Shown here in pieces: positions 28,703 through 37,139 of a DNA stretch of 64,000 bases. Position 1 is the first letter of the stretch. Each line of letters begins with the position of its first letter. Both the position numbers and the translations under genes were made by a program. Under the pieces are notes generated by a model. The model had not been told where the DNA came from and ran no database searches. It saw only the letters and a program-made list of their open reading frames with translations. The stretch is from IMG/VR virus record IMGVR_UViG_3300027586_000002, positions 42,941 through 106,940 of that record. The stretch is one strand, 5' to 3'. Source of the stretch: a virus.

Positions 28703-29134
28703 ATGCGTAAAATAAAATTTAGAGTTTGGGACGAGAAATACAATCAATGGGATACTTCACCTATCACCTTTTATTCTAATGAATTAGCGGTTAAGCAAGG
28801 TAGAGTTATTCAGCAGTTCACCGGACTTAAAGATAAGAATGGTAAAGAAATTTACGACGGTGATATTGTTTCCTTCAATTATACGGTTGGAGACTTCGCG
28901 TGGGAAGCTATGGACAATGATGAGCGGGAGGTAAACAAAGAGATGATGGGCAAACTATACGTTTGCGTAGTCGTTTGGTGCGAATGGAATTGTGGATTTA
29001 TGATGGCGGACGGGAGCCTTGAATCTACCCATATTCAATTTCCTATGCTCTACGCTAAGACCGGGAAAGTTATCGGTAATATATTTGAGAATCCAGACTT
29101 ATTAGTACCTATTTTTTATCACGAGGTGGTGTAA
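28703..29134 (+). CDS. YopX family protein
   Basis: IKFRVWD, QFTGLKDKNGKEIY.GDI, VIGNIFENPDLL. Confidence 0.88.
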   Translation: MRKIKFRVWDEKYNQWDTSPITFYSNELAVKQGRVIQQFTGLKDKNGKEIYDGDIVSFNYTVGDFAWEAMDNDEREVNKEMMGKLYVCVVVWCEWNCGFMMADGSLESTHIQFPMLYAKTGKVIGNIFENPDLLVPIFYHEVV

Positions 29135-29201
29135 CGGTAGCACGAAGGCCGGCAAGCCTGCTTGCCGGCTTTTGTTTTGGTTCAATTCCAGACCTACGTG
29201 T
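29120..29201 (+). ncRNA. tRNA-like RNA with a 12-bp stem in place of the anticodon arm
   Basis: Gln-type D arm TGGTGTAACGGTAGCAC, T arm TTTGG-TTCAATT-CCAGA, AAGGCCGGCAAG-CCTG-CTTGCCGGCTTT. Confidence 0.6.
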
Positions 29202-29255
29202 TATAACTGTAACTTAAATATTGGTCAGCCATTCATTTTGTTGTATGATAACCTT

Positions 29256-29417
29256 ATGACAACATTTGAATGGTTACATCGTGAAGCTGAGAAGGCCCTT
29301 GTCAAGCGCGCCAATGCAACCACAGTTCAGGAATGTCAGGAATTAAACAGCTGGCTTAATGAACTAAGAGGCAGGCTAAACAGCCATATTCGGGAAACCA
29401 GGAAACAAAGAAAATAA
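29256..29417 (+). CDS. small hypothetical protein
   Basis: Start moved to MTTFEW, outside the tRNA-like element. Confidence 0.5.
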   Translation: MTTFEWLHREAEKALVKRANATTVQECQELNSWLNELRGRLNSHIRETRKQRK

Positions 29418-29564
29418 CTCTTACCAAAGGCAAAGATGCAGGTAATATAGTAGAAGTTAAACACGCACCTTTCGTGTTAGCTAATGATATACCTAACTTC
29501 GTAAAAAATAATGAATGCTTGCTGGGATTAATTCCGAAGTATTCCAAAAGATTAAGTTTCAAAC

Positions 29565-29638
29565 GTCGCCTTCGTATATTGGTAATACTTCTGGTTTTCA
29601 TCCAGAAAAAAGCAGTTCGATTCTGCTAGGCGATACCA
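29565..29638 (+). tRNA. tRNA-Glu(TTC)
   Basis: Cloverleaf with CCA; TCTGG-TTTTCAT-CCAGA. Confidence 0.88.
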
Positions 29639-29680
29639 ATACATAAATAGACAGGCAGTTTATCTGCCTCAATACGTAAT

Positions 29681-30364
29681 ATGCCATATCCAATATTAGA
29701 TCAAACATTTAAAAATCTAACCATACACGAGTATAACACAGCTAAAGAAGAGCTGGTTAAATACCAACCAAAGACAATAGAGTCAAAGTATAACCGGGTA
29801 ATGTTTGCCCAGTTATCGATAAAACAAAATTGTACCAATAATGTCAGAAGTTATCGTCATTTGAAGAAAACATTTGAGGCTACTTTCAAAGATGAAGAGT
29901 CCGTAAAGGCTGCGGTAAAAGCATCCAAGGCAGGGTTGATCAAAGTAAGGTCCAAGGGACTCTGGGTTTCAAACAAAAAGCACAATGAAGACAATTTGTT
30001 TTATACAAAGAGAGAAGGAGAAACCTGGCGTGAGTGCAGGTCAAGATGGCGTGGGCAGATATACGGCATAGGACTTGCCAAGATATCTTTTACATTGGAG
30101 CTGATGTACCCACTAGATGCAAAACTTGTATGCCTAGACACACATTTATTAACCCAATTTGGACATAATAAAGATAGGCTCAATCCTATTGAGTATCAAA
30201 CTTATGAGGATTACTTCCTTGCTAAATGTGAAGAAATGAAGCTTACGCCTACAGCAGCGAGAGAAGCAATATGGAGAAAACTTGCTGGTGAGAACAAAGA
30301 GAACGAACCATCATGGCTTACAAGATCTTTTGAAGACGAATTAACTGTGCCCGCGGTAGCTTAA
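29681..30364 (+). CDS. helix-hairpin-helix DNA glycosylase-like protein (Ogg-type)
   Basis: IYGIGLAKISF HhH with Lys, then CLDTH. Confidence 0.6.
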   Translation: MPYPILDQTFKNLTIHEYNTAKEELVKYQPKTIESKYNRVMFAQLSIKQNCTNNVRSYRHLKKTFEATFKDEESVKAAVKASKAGLIKVRSKGLWVSNKKHNEDNLFYTKREGETWRECRSRWRGQIYGIGLAKISFTLELMYPLDAKLVCLDTHLLTQFGHNKDRLNPIEYQTYEDYFLAKCEEMKLTPTAAREAIWRKLAGENKENEPSWLTRSFEDELTVPAVA

Positions 30365-30433
30365 CTGGCTACAGTAATAGCCTACAAAACTATAGCATAA
30401 TGGAGGCAACTCCATTATGCTGCACTAAAAATT

Positions 30434-30898
30434 ATGGACAGAGCAGACCTACAAGAAATAATCGATTGGCCAACTGTGCTTAAACAAGATAGATGCGCAG
30501 GAGGGCATAGAGCAGTTATGAGTAATATATTTAGTGAAACTGATGCTAAGGTTATAGCTTGGTACCAAGATGACCTATATGAAGGGGAATTGGCTATTGC
30601 TTATCAGTTTTATAAAGACGGAACAATATGTTTGATTACTGATTTTTTTGGGTCTTGCTCCGGCTGTGATGCTTGGGAGGGCGTAGGCGATAAAGAAGCT
30701 GAAGATCAGATACACACCCTGGTTGCTAATTCCAGGGTGTTTAAATGTGTAAGAGACAGCATAGCCTTCCTTAATAATGACATAGACAATAAACCAGAGA
30801 ACTTTGGTTTTAGAATTGCAACGAATCTAACAGACACATTGGAAAATATTGACGATATTACTTTTGATGAGCCAGAAGGCAGGAAGATTAGTTTATAG
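30434..30898 (+). CDS. hypothetical phage protein
   Basis: Y.G...FGSCSGCD.W motif; ends in RKISL. Confidence 0.65.
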   Translation: MDRADLQEIIDWPTVLKQDRCAGGHRAVMSNIFSETDAKVIAWYQDDLYEGELAIAYQFYKDGTICLITDFFGSCSGCDAWEGVGDKEAEDQIHTLVANSRVFKCVRDSIAFLNNDIDNKPENFGFRIATNLTDTLENIDDITFDEPEGRKISL

Positions 30899-30972
30899 GC
30901 GAGTGGCGCAGCGGTTAGCGCAGATGCTTTACACGCATTTGGTCGGGGGTTCGAGTCCCTCCTCGCCTACCA
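30897..30972 (+). tRNA. tRNA-Val(TAC)
   Basis: Cloverleaf with CCA; GATGC-TTTACAC-GCATT. Confidence 0.92.
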
Positions 30973-30979
30973 TTTTTAT

Positions 30980-31026
30980 GACCCCCGGGTAGTTACTACG
31001 TATGGCTAAAACGGTATAATATATTG
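30980..31026 (+). promoter_or_regulatory. cassette left end
   Basis: GACCCCCGGGTAG...TGGCTAAAACGGTATAATA. Confidence 0.6.
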
Positions 31027-31074
31027 ATAGACCAATGTGCCTGTTGCCCATTGGCTGTCCGTTCCTACCTAACT

Positions 31075-31491
31075 ATGAAAGATACAAGAAAAAGAAACAA
31101 AGCAACTTACCAAGCCATGAAAAAAGTAGCTTTGCTATTTGTGAGTGCGAAGCCGATTGCTGAAGTATTAGACATCTTCAGTGATCATCAAGCAGATGGC
31201 ATGATCCAAATCGAGCACGACCCAGCTCGTATTGTCGGGCAGCGATTTGATCTCGTCTTGTTCGGGAAATCCGCGCCAGCCAGAGGTTGGTTCACCGGCA
31301 CCAGGATGGCTGGGTTTGTCCCCAGTCGGACTGTGACAGTCATACCAAAAATCTGCAGTGTCTTGGACGCCGTAGTAGCCATACACTTAATGCTCTGCAA
31401 TCCTGAGATTAAGGGACACGAGTTAACTAAGCTTTGGCCAACGGGTCCTGGCTCCCGCAAAGCTCGAGCCAGGCTCATACCCTGGGATTAG
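31075..31491 (+). CDS. hypothetical protein (cassette cargo)
   Basis: GC-richer ORF between promoter box and end motif; start chosen at the first ATG. Confidence 0.55.
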   Translation: MKDTRKRNKATYQAMKKVALLFVSAKPIAEVLDIFSDHQADGMIQIEHDPARIVGQRFDLVLFGKSAPARGWFTGTRMAGFVPSRTVTVIPKICSVLDAVVAIHLMLCNPEIKGHELTKLWPTGPGSRKARARLIPWD

Positions 31492-31505
31492 TAGGAAGTT
31501 GTAGT

Positions 31506-31549
31506 AAAGGAAAAGCAGGTGTTACGCCTGCTTTTCCTTTAACTATTAG
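31506..31549 (+). terminator. cassette right end: hairpin + TTTAACTATTAG
   Basis: AAAGGAAAAGCAGG/CCTGCTTTTCCTTT stem. Confidence 0.65.
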
Positions 31550-32222
31550 CTTTGAGCTTGATATCAATTATCTTTTTAATCTTTGCATAGTGTTTAACGG
31601 CTTCAGCTTCATTAAACCTGCCCATGGCTCTAGTATCAACAGAATGTACATCAATACCAAACTCAGCACATTTATTGATCTTGCGACGGTCGTTGCGCTG
31701 TACGGCCCTTAGCTGCTTATCCCCATAGATAGGGTCGTAGTGTACAGGCCCATTGATTTCAATGCCCATATCTAATGATGGTATGAATATATCTAACTCT
31801 GATCGTTTTAGAAGAGTACGGTCATTATAGTGTATAGTGAGGTTTGGGTAGTCTAGGTTAAGCCTAGCTTCAGTCCATACTTCAAACTGTGAACGTGTCA
31901 TGCCCTTCTTTCCATGAGCAGCATTATAACGATTTGCACAAGCAGAGCAGCAGAAGCCCACTCTGGTTCTGGCAATCTCTACTCTGCGTCTTTTAAATAA
32001 GGCATTACACTGTCTACAGTTATAATCTTGCGCTGTGTTATCAAACTTAACTTTACAGTTGCCGGAACAAAATTCTACAGTTATAAGCTCCTTAGCTTCA
32101 ACAGCCTTCATGTACTCATGCTTTTCTCTATGAAAGGCCTTGGCACACTGAACACATTGAAATCTGAGATCGTCAAGATGAGTGGCTTCCTTGAATTCTT
32201 TATCCTTAAACAACTTAATCAT
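31539..32222 (-). CDS. zinc-finger + PD-(D/E)XK endonuclease (homing-endonuclease-like)
   Basis: CxxC/CSxxC repeats; ELDIFIP...GIEINGPVHY...D..K. Confidence 0.7.
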   Translation of the reverse strand: MIKLFKDKEFKEATHLDDLRFQCVQCAKAFHREKHEYMKAVEAKELITVEFCSGNCKVKFDNTAQDYNCRQCNALFKRRRVEIARTRVGFCCSACANRYNAAHGKKGMTRSQFEVWTEARLNLDYPNLTIHYNDRTLLKRSELDIFIPSLDMGIEINGPVHYDPIYGDKQLRAVQRNDRRKINKCAEFGIDVHSVDTRAMGRFNEAEAVKHYAKIKKIIDIKLKANS

Positions 32223-32269
32223 TTAGTCATACTACGCTTATGCAATCTTTTTTGGAATCAAAATAAAGC

Positions 32270-32719
32270 ATGAAAGAAATCACCGGGGATATCTGGGAAA
32301 TAAGAAAAACCACAGGCAGCTGGGTGTGCGTGCCAACCAACGCCATAGTTAATTCTAGTGGATTAGCGGTAATGGGAGCAGGCGTTGCGTTACAAGCAGC
32401 GGAGAAATTTAAACATCTTCCAAAAACACTAGGTCAGAAACTTAGTAAACATGGTAACAGAGTCTACGCTTTCATGGACGATCAGATATTCACATTCCCA
32501 ACCAAACAAAATTGGAGAAGTGAGTCTGAATTAGATTTGATTGCTGGTAGCGCCATGCAGTTAAGAGAGCTGTTAGACGCAATATCAAGCGCCAGCCTTA
32601 ATGGTAAGATACTGCTCCCAAGGGTTGGTTGTGGTAACGGTAATTTAAGCTGGGACAAACAGGTAAAGCCTATTGTTTCAGCTATACTTGACGATAGATT
32701 TTTAGTAGTAACCTTATAA
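32270..32719 (+). CDS. macro domain protein (ADP-ribose binding or hydrolase)
   Basis: GDIW, VPTN, MGAGVA, FPTK..W, PRVGCGNG.L.W. Confidence 0.82.
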   Translation: MKEITGDIWEIRKTTGSWVCVPTNAIVNSSGLAVMGAGVALQAAEKFKHLPKTLGQKLSKHGNRVYAFMDDQIFTFPTKQNWRSESELDLIAGSAMQLRELLDAISSASLNGKILLPRVGCGNGNLSWDKQVKPIVSAILDDRFLVVTL

Positions 32720-32748
32720 ACAACTTTAGTTATGGCAAAAAAGACGTG

Positions 32749-32777
32749 TTGACAATCGCCTGATAATCCATTAAGTT
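32749..32777 (+). promoter_or_regulatory. sigma70-like promoter
   Basis: TTGACA-N17-TAAGTT. Confidence 0.5.
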
Positions 32778-33122
32778 TACATCGAATAGTAAACAGTTCT
32801 TTGTGAATTTGAATGGAGGTGATTAAGGTGTTTGACTGTATGATGCAGTCGAAAAGCTATGTAAGTAGTTGTAAATAGGCTACTTAATGTTTAGAAAGTA
32901 AGAAAACAGCAAAGCAATCAAGGCTAGTTCAAGGTTATAAATAACTAAAAAAGGAAAAAAAATATGTTCAGTCATCTGTTGGTAGCGGTTGTGTCTTTTG
33001 TAGTTGGCGCGCTGCTTGCACGCAAAAATTGCAAAAAAAATTGCGGTATTGATTCGGATAAACGGTAAAAACAATTAACCAAACTAGGCTGGCGATGAAA
33101 GTCGTCAGCCTTAATTTATTTT

Positions 33123-33509
33123 ATGGCAGAATACGAAACAAACAACACACGTAGAATCATTATTGACGAGGAACCTCGTGAAGGTCCTCAGATTGACAAT
33201 TCATCAGGTAAACGTCTTTTGATACTAAACCCTGAAGGAAAGTTTCCTTTCAAGTTTAGTACTTATAGTGCAAAGCTCATCGTCCAAGTTCCTGATGTCA
33301 TTAGCGCTTTTGTTGAATCACAAGCCAAAGAATTAGGTGATGATGTCCCGGAGGGAGTAATCATAGAAGAGTACAAAGGCAGCCCATTGCTAGTTCTTAA
33401 TGCGACAGGTAGCTACCCGTTCAGGTTTGGTCTATATAAGGCCAGGCTTATTATAGAAAACATGGAAGCAATTAAGAAGTTCGTCGCAAGCGACGGAGCT
33501 GAAATTTAA
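33123..33509 (+). CDS. protein with a tandemly duplicated small domain
   Basis: LLILN...FPFKF....AKLI and LLVLN...YPFRFG..KARLI; N-terminal RRIII. Confidence 0.7.
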   Translation: MAEYETNNTRRIIIDEEPREGPQIDNSSGKRLLILNPEGKFPFKFSTYSAKLIVQVPDVISAFVESQAKELGDDVPEGVIIEEYKGSPLLVLNATGSYPFRFGLYKARLIIENMEAIKKFVASDGAEI

Positions 33510-33522
33510 ATATTTTTGGTTC

Positions 33523-33595
33523 GCCTGTGTAGCTCAGTTGGCAGAGCGCGACTTTTGTAAAGTCGATGTCGGGGGTTCGAGCCCCTCCACAGGCT
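33523..33595 (+). tRNA. tRNA-Thr(TGT)
   Basis: Cloverleaf; CGACT-TTTGTAA-AGTCG. Confidence 0.92.
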
Positions 33596-33635
33596 TGCTT
33601 TCATTTGGTATGTAGTAGTTGTCAATCTGCGTATT

Positions 33636-33977
33636 ATGAAAATAAATGAGCAGCCAATATATGTAGGAACAATGTTGATTGTTGCCCATTCGTCAGGAAT
33701 GGGAAGAGGCTATGAAGTGGATGAATTGTTTGAGACAACGTCACTCGGTATTGCCTATAATGAAGAAAATGCACTCGGTATTGCCTATGATGAAGACGGA
33801 GAAAGTTTAGTTTTTATTAATAATGACCAACGCGTATTACATGTAGACAATTCAAATTGTTTACAACCTGGCTTGGCTCAAATCTCTTGCTTGATTTCTT
33901 CAATGATTATAAAAATAGTCCACAAGAATGAACCAAATAACAAACGTTCGCCCGTTGACCGACCAACCCCAGCATAG
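33636..33977 (+). CDS. hypothetical protein with 30-bp internal duplication
   Basis: LGIAY repeated (33742-33796). Confidence 0.4.
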   Translation: MKINEQPIYVGTMLIVAHSSGMGRGYEVDELFETTSLGIAYNEENALGIAYDEDGESLVFINNDQRVLHVDNSNCLQPGLAQISCLISSMIIKIVHKNEPNNKRSPVDRPTPA

Positions 33978-34107
33978 GCGTTGTCAATGTCTTCACTGTA
34001 AGTTTAATAGTTTAAACCTTATTAGATACAAGGAACTAGACTATAATAATAAACCATATTTTCACATGAAATGCATAAAATGTGAAGGAGAGTTTTACGA
34101 TGAATAA
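33928..34107 (+). CDS. small zinc-ribbon protein (59 aa, not in ORF track)
   Basis: CLHC...CIKC. Confidence 0.5.
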   Translation: MNQITNVRPLTDQPQHRRCQCLHCKFNSLNLIRYKELDYNNKPYFHMKCIKCEGEFYDE

Positions 34108-34510
34108 CAATCACTGTATGTTCACTCTAGAAGCTGTGTTACTTGGGATTTGGTTTCATTTGCAAAATAAGCCACTACCTTCAGTTGGAGCATTTTGTGA
34201 CGTAATTGTAGACGTTAAGAATAGAAAGATGTATCCAGAGCTTCTCGCCCACGTAGATATAAGAAAAATACATATGCGCGAAGGAGACTTAATAGCTGAA
34301 AGTTTTTTAAACCTGGCAAAAAAGCGTATTATACTATTTGAACATAACTCTTTTCCAAATAGTAAGACTTGTGGTTCTTATATTATACAATCTGATTTGT
34401 TCAACCAGGTTTATAATAGTCAATTGGCAATACACTTCTATAATTACCAGTCTCAATTAAGAGAACTAGCTAATCTTGTGGCGCAAAAACAGCGAGAGTT
34501 GGAAACTTAA
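34100..34510 (+). CDS. hypothetical protein
   Basis: ATG start overlapping the upstream gene. Confidence 0.55.
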   Translation: MNNNHCMFTLEAVLLGIWFHLQNKPLPSVGAFCDVIVDVKNRKMYPELLAHVDIRKIHMREGDLIAESFLNLAKKRIILFEHNSFPNSKTCGSYIIQSDLFNQVYNSQLAIHFYNYQSQLRELANLVAQKQRELET

Positions 34511-34513
34511 TAT

Positions 34514-34598
34514 GCGGTTGTGGCGGAATTGGCAGACGCGCTGGACTTAGGATCCAGTGGAGAAATCCTTGGAGGTTCAAGTCCTCTCGACCGCACCA
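34514..34598 (+). tRNA. tRNA-Leu(TAG)
   Basis: Class II cloverleaf with CCA. Confidence 0.93.
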
Positions 34599-34615
34599 TT
34601 CAAACAAGTAATACA

Positions 34616-34828
34616 ATGACAGCACCAGCACAAAAAGACGAAATCCTCGAACAGGCGATAGAACAAATGTTTCATACTAACCGAAAAGGCAGTATTGAAA
34701 ATCATAAATGCGTAAACCCTCCAATAGGTTGCGGCGGTGAGGCCATAAACTTTGGAGACATGATCAGCTACAATGAATATTGCATTTCTGGGTTATGCCA
34801 AAAATGCCAGGATCAAATATTTAAATAA
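34616..34828 (+). CDS. small Cys-containing phage protein
   Basis: C....GCG...F....S..EY.ISGLCQKCQD.IF; start moved out of the tRNA. Confidence 0.65.
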   Translation: MTAPAQKDEILEQAIEQMFHTNRKGSIENHKCVNPPIGCGGEAINFGDMISYNEYCISGLCQKCQDQIFK

Positions 34829-34863
34829 AAAATTTGTACCGGGCTAACTCCCATCAAGTTTAA

Positions 34864-34943
34864 GGCGCTGTGGTGGAACGAATACACAACGGACTTAAAA
34901 TCCGTCGCCGCAAGGATTGAGGGTGCGAATCCCTCCAGCGCCA
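34864..34943 (+). tRNA. tRNA-Leu(TAA)
   Basis: GGCGCTG/CAGCGCC acceptor; ACGGA-CTTAAAA-TCCGT; T loop TGCGAAT. Confidence 0.87.
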
Positions 34944-34966
34944 CCTTTATTTCAACACTTAAGCAA

Positions 34967-35659
34967 GTGAAAACAACTCAACGACAAGATAAGAGGCACA
35001 GCAAAAAAAGCAAAGAAAAGGAGTTAATTGCTTTAGAACGAAGGCTTAACAAACTATGGGAAGCCAAGAGAGCCTATAAGCTTGTCAAGCTGGACAAGCC
35101 TATTCCTTGTGGCTGGAGGAGGAAGTTCGCTCTAAGGGAGGACGTTAAAGGTCGGCCGGACATCAAAATCATAAGAGAAATACTGGACAGGGTTAATTTA
35201 ACTGTCTATGCTCGCAATAAGAAGTTTGAACAATACAATTATAAACTAGGCAAGTTTGAACCCATGGCACATGGTACAAAATCAATTCCTGAAAACAAGT
35301 GGTCATTCCCAGAAAGTTATAAAAGATTTTTTGACTTTCGTGTTAAAGAACATAAAGGACACTTTTGTGTTATTATTGAAAAGGGTTACCATTTTAAGTT
35401 CGACTGGATGCTGATTACAAAAACGGAACCACACTTCGCTACTCACGTAATCATCCCTGATGGTGAGCTGGAGTCAGAGCTCAAAAAAATCGGCAACAAA
35501 ATGGATAGGGATATGTTATGGGCCAAACTGGCAAAGATTCATGGACACTCGTTTCATTATAAGGATCGTTGGGGTTCTGGTGAAAAAGGCCGTGAAAGCA
35601 ATGACCGGCATAAAGAGATAAAAGAAGCTCTAATTGAGCGGGATGACGCTTATGAATGA
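34967..35659 (+). CDS. basic hypothetical protein within the tRNA cluster
   Basis: 230-aa Lys/Arg-rich ORF. Confidence 0.7.
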   Translation: MKTTQRQDKRHSKKSKEKELIALERRLNKLWEAKRAYKLVKLDKPIPCGWRRKFALREDVKGRPDIKIIREILDRVNLTVYARNKKFEQYNYKLGKFEPMAHGTKSIPENKWSFPESYKRFFDFRVKEHKGHFCVIIEKGYHFKFDWMLITKTEPHFATHVIIPDGELESELKKIGNKMDRDMLWAKLAKIHGHSFHYKDRWGSGEKGRESNDRHKEIKEALIERDDAYE

Positions 35660-35777
35660 ATTATTACTAATTCTCGCAACGCTAGCGAGTATCGTTATGG
35701 GGTTGCTATGGATGGATTTGTTGTACGACATTTTCAAAACATGGCAAGGTAAAGATTAAGCAAAGAAGTTTAATGTT

Positions 35778-35851
35778 TGGCCCTTGGTGTAACGGTAGCA
35801 CAGAACCCTTTGGAGGTTCTTGTCTAGGTTCAAATCCTGGAGGGCCAGCCA
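35778..35851 (+). tRNA. tRNA-Gln(TTG)
   Basis: Cloverleaf with CCA. Confidence 0.92.
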
Positions 35852-35854
35852 AAT

Positions 35855-35927
35855 TGAGGACTGGTGTAATTGGTAGCACAGCTGCCTCTGGAGCAGTTAG
35901 TTGTAGGTTCGAGTCCTACGTCCTCAG
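35855..35927 (+). tRNA. tRNA-Gln(CTG)
   Basis: TGAGGAC/GTCCTCA acceptor; GCTGC-CTCTGGA-GCAGT. Confidence 0.9.
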
Positions 35928-35937
35928 TCACTCTTTT

Positions 35938-36014
35938 GCTGCCGTAGTTCAATTGGCTAGAATGGGAGTTTCCTAAACTTCAGGTTGTGGGTTCAAGTCC
36001 CACCGGCAGCACCA
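35938..36014 (+). tRNA. tRNA-Arg(CCT)
   Basis: Cloverleaf with CCA; GGAGT-TTCCTAA-ACTTC. Confidence 0.9.
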
Positions 36015-36021
36015 ATTCTTT

Positions 36022-36225
36022 ATGACACAGCAAGAAACATGCAAGAAGTGTGGGCAGGCGATGGTAAAGAGAAAACATACCAGGACAGGAGCTATCTTCT
36101 GGGTATGCACAAGATGGCCTATCTGTAAAAGATCAGGCAAACCATTTGTAGACCCAGCAACAGGCGTAAGAGTTGTCTCCTGGGCTGAAAGAATTGACAA
36201 AGGTATAAGAACCATTCAAATTTAA
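36022..36225 (+). CDS. topoisomerase-type C4 zinc-finger protein
   Basis: CKKCG..MV.R....G..FWVCT.WP.C; ends in RTIQI. Confidence 0.7.
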   Translation: MTQQETCKKCGQAMVKRKHTRTGAIFWVCTRWPICKRSGKPFVDPATGVRVVSWAERIDKGIRTIQI

Positions 36226-36245
36226 CTGGTAGAAGAGAAGGGCAT

Positions 36246-36836
36246 ATGAATCGCAGTATACTTGATGAACAGGTGTTGGTTTTAAACAAAGCATGGCAGG
36301 CCATTAATGTAAGGTCAGTTGAAAAAGTGATGAAGATTCTCATGACTGGTAGAGCGGTGGCGTTAAACCCATCTGATACAGAACCAGGAATGTTCGATCC
36401 TTTGCCTTGGCTAGAGTGGTTGGAGCTTACTTTAAAGCCAACAGACAAAGTTATCCGCACCGCTAAGAGAAAAATTAAGGTGCCGGACACAATTGCTGTG
36501 ATCAACTACAATAAATTGCCAAAAAGACCTCAGCGTCTATCACATGCCGCCATCAAATCTAGAGATGGTTGTGTCTGCCAATATACCGGCAAGTATTGTC
36601 CTAATGGCAATGTAGATCATGTTCTGCCAAAGGATAGAGGAGGGCAGGATACCTGGGAGAATCTAGTCTGGTGTGACCAGCCGGTTAATGAGTTTAAAGG
36701 AAACAAACTGCCTGAAGAATGTGGGCTAAAGCTTATAAGAAAGCCTAAAGCTCCGTTACCAAAGGTTACTTCTATATCAATTAACGTCCCAGACAGTAAG
36801 CCTAATTGGAAATGGTTTATTGAAAAATGCCGTTAA
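36246..36836 (+). CDS. HNH endonuclease
   Basis: VLVLN, RD..CQY.G, VDHV.P..RGG..TWENLV.C...N..K. Confidence 0.85.
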   Translation: MNRSILDEQVLVLNKAWQAINVRSVEKVMKILMTGRAVALNPSDTEPGMFDPLPWLEWLELTLKPTDKVIRTAKRKIKVPDTIAVINYNKLPKRPQRLSHAAIKSRDGCVCQYTGKYCPNGNVDHVLPKDRGGQDTWENLVWCDQPVNEFKGNKLPEECGLKLIRKPKAPLPKVTSISINVPDSKPNWKWFIEKCR

Positions 36837-37139
36837 TTATAACAGACAATACTATATACTTTGCTGTTAACTAGCCAAAGTAATACCAACCACATGCCAA
36901 TAATTGTGACTTCCATAACACGATTAAGTATTCTATCAAATAGGCTCATAGTTTAATTAGAATACCCGAATTGATAATGGTTGTTTTCAACTTAAAAGAT
37001 AATACTTCTTACCTAAAAATCAATCAAACAATAAATGTTGTTAACCCTTACTCTTACTGACCAATATTCAATATGGTCTGCCACATTTATGGCCATATTA
37101 TTGGTAATGCTTATAAACAGAAACAAACGTAATTAAACT

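Noticed and set aside
35773-35976. ORF-track proteins overlapping tRNAs (35773-35976, 27124-27390, 28259-28468, and 5' extensions at 18495, 29172, 34520)
   Set aside because: They are translations of tRNA sequence; discarded or restarted at downstream ATGs.
36840-37139. 300-bp AT-rich gap as an origin or ncRNA
   Set aside because: No iterons or convincing stems seen.
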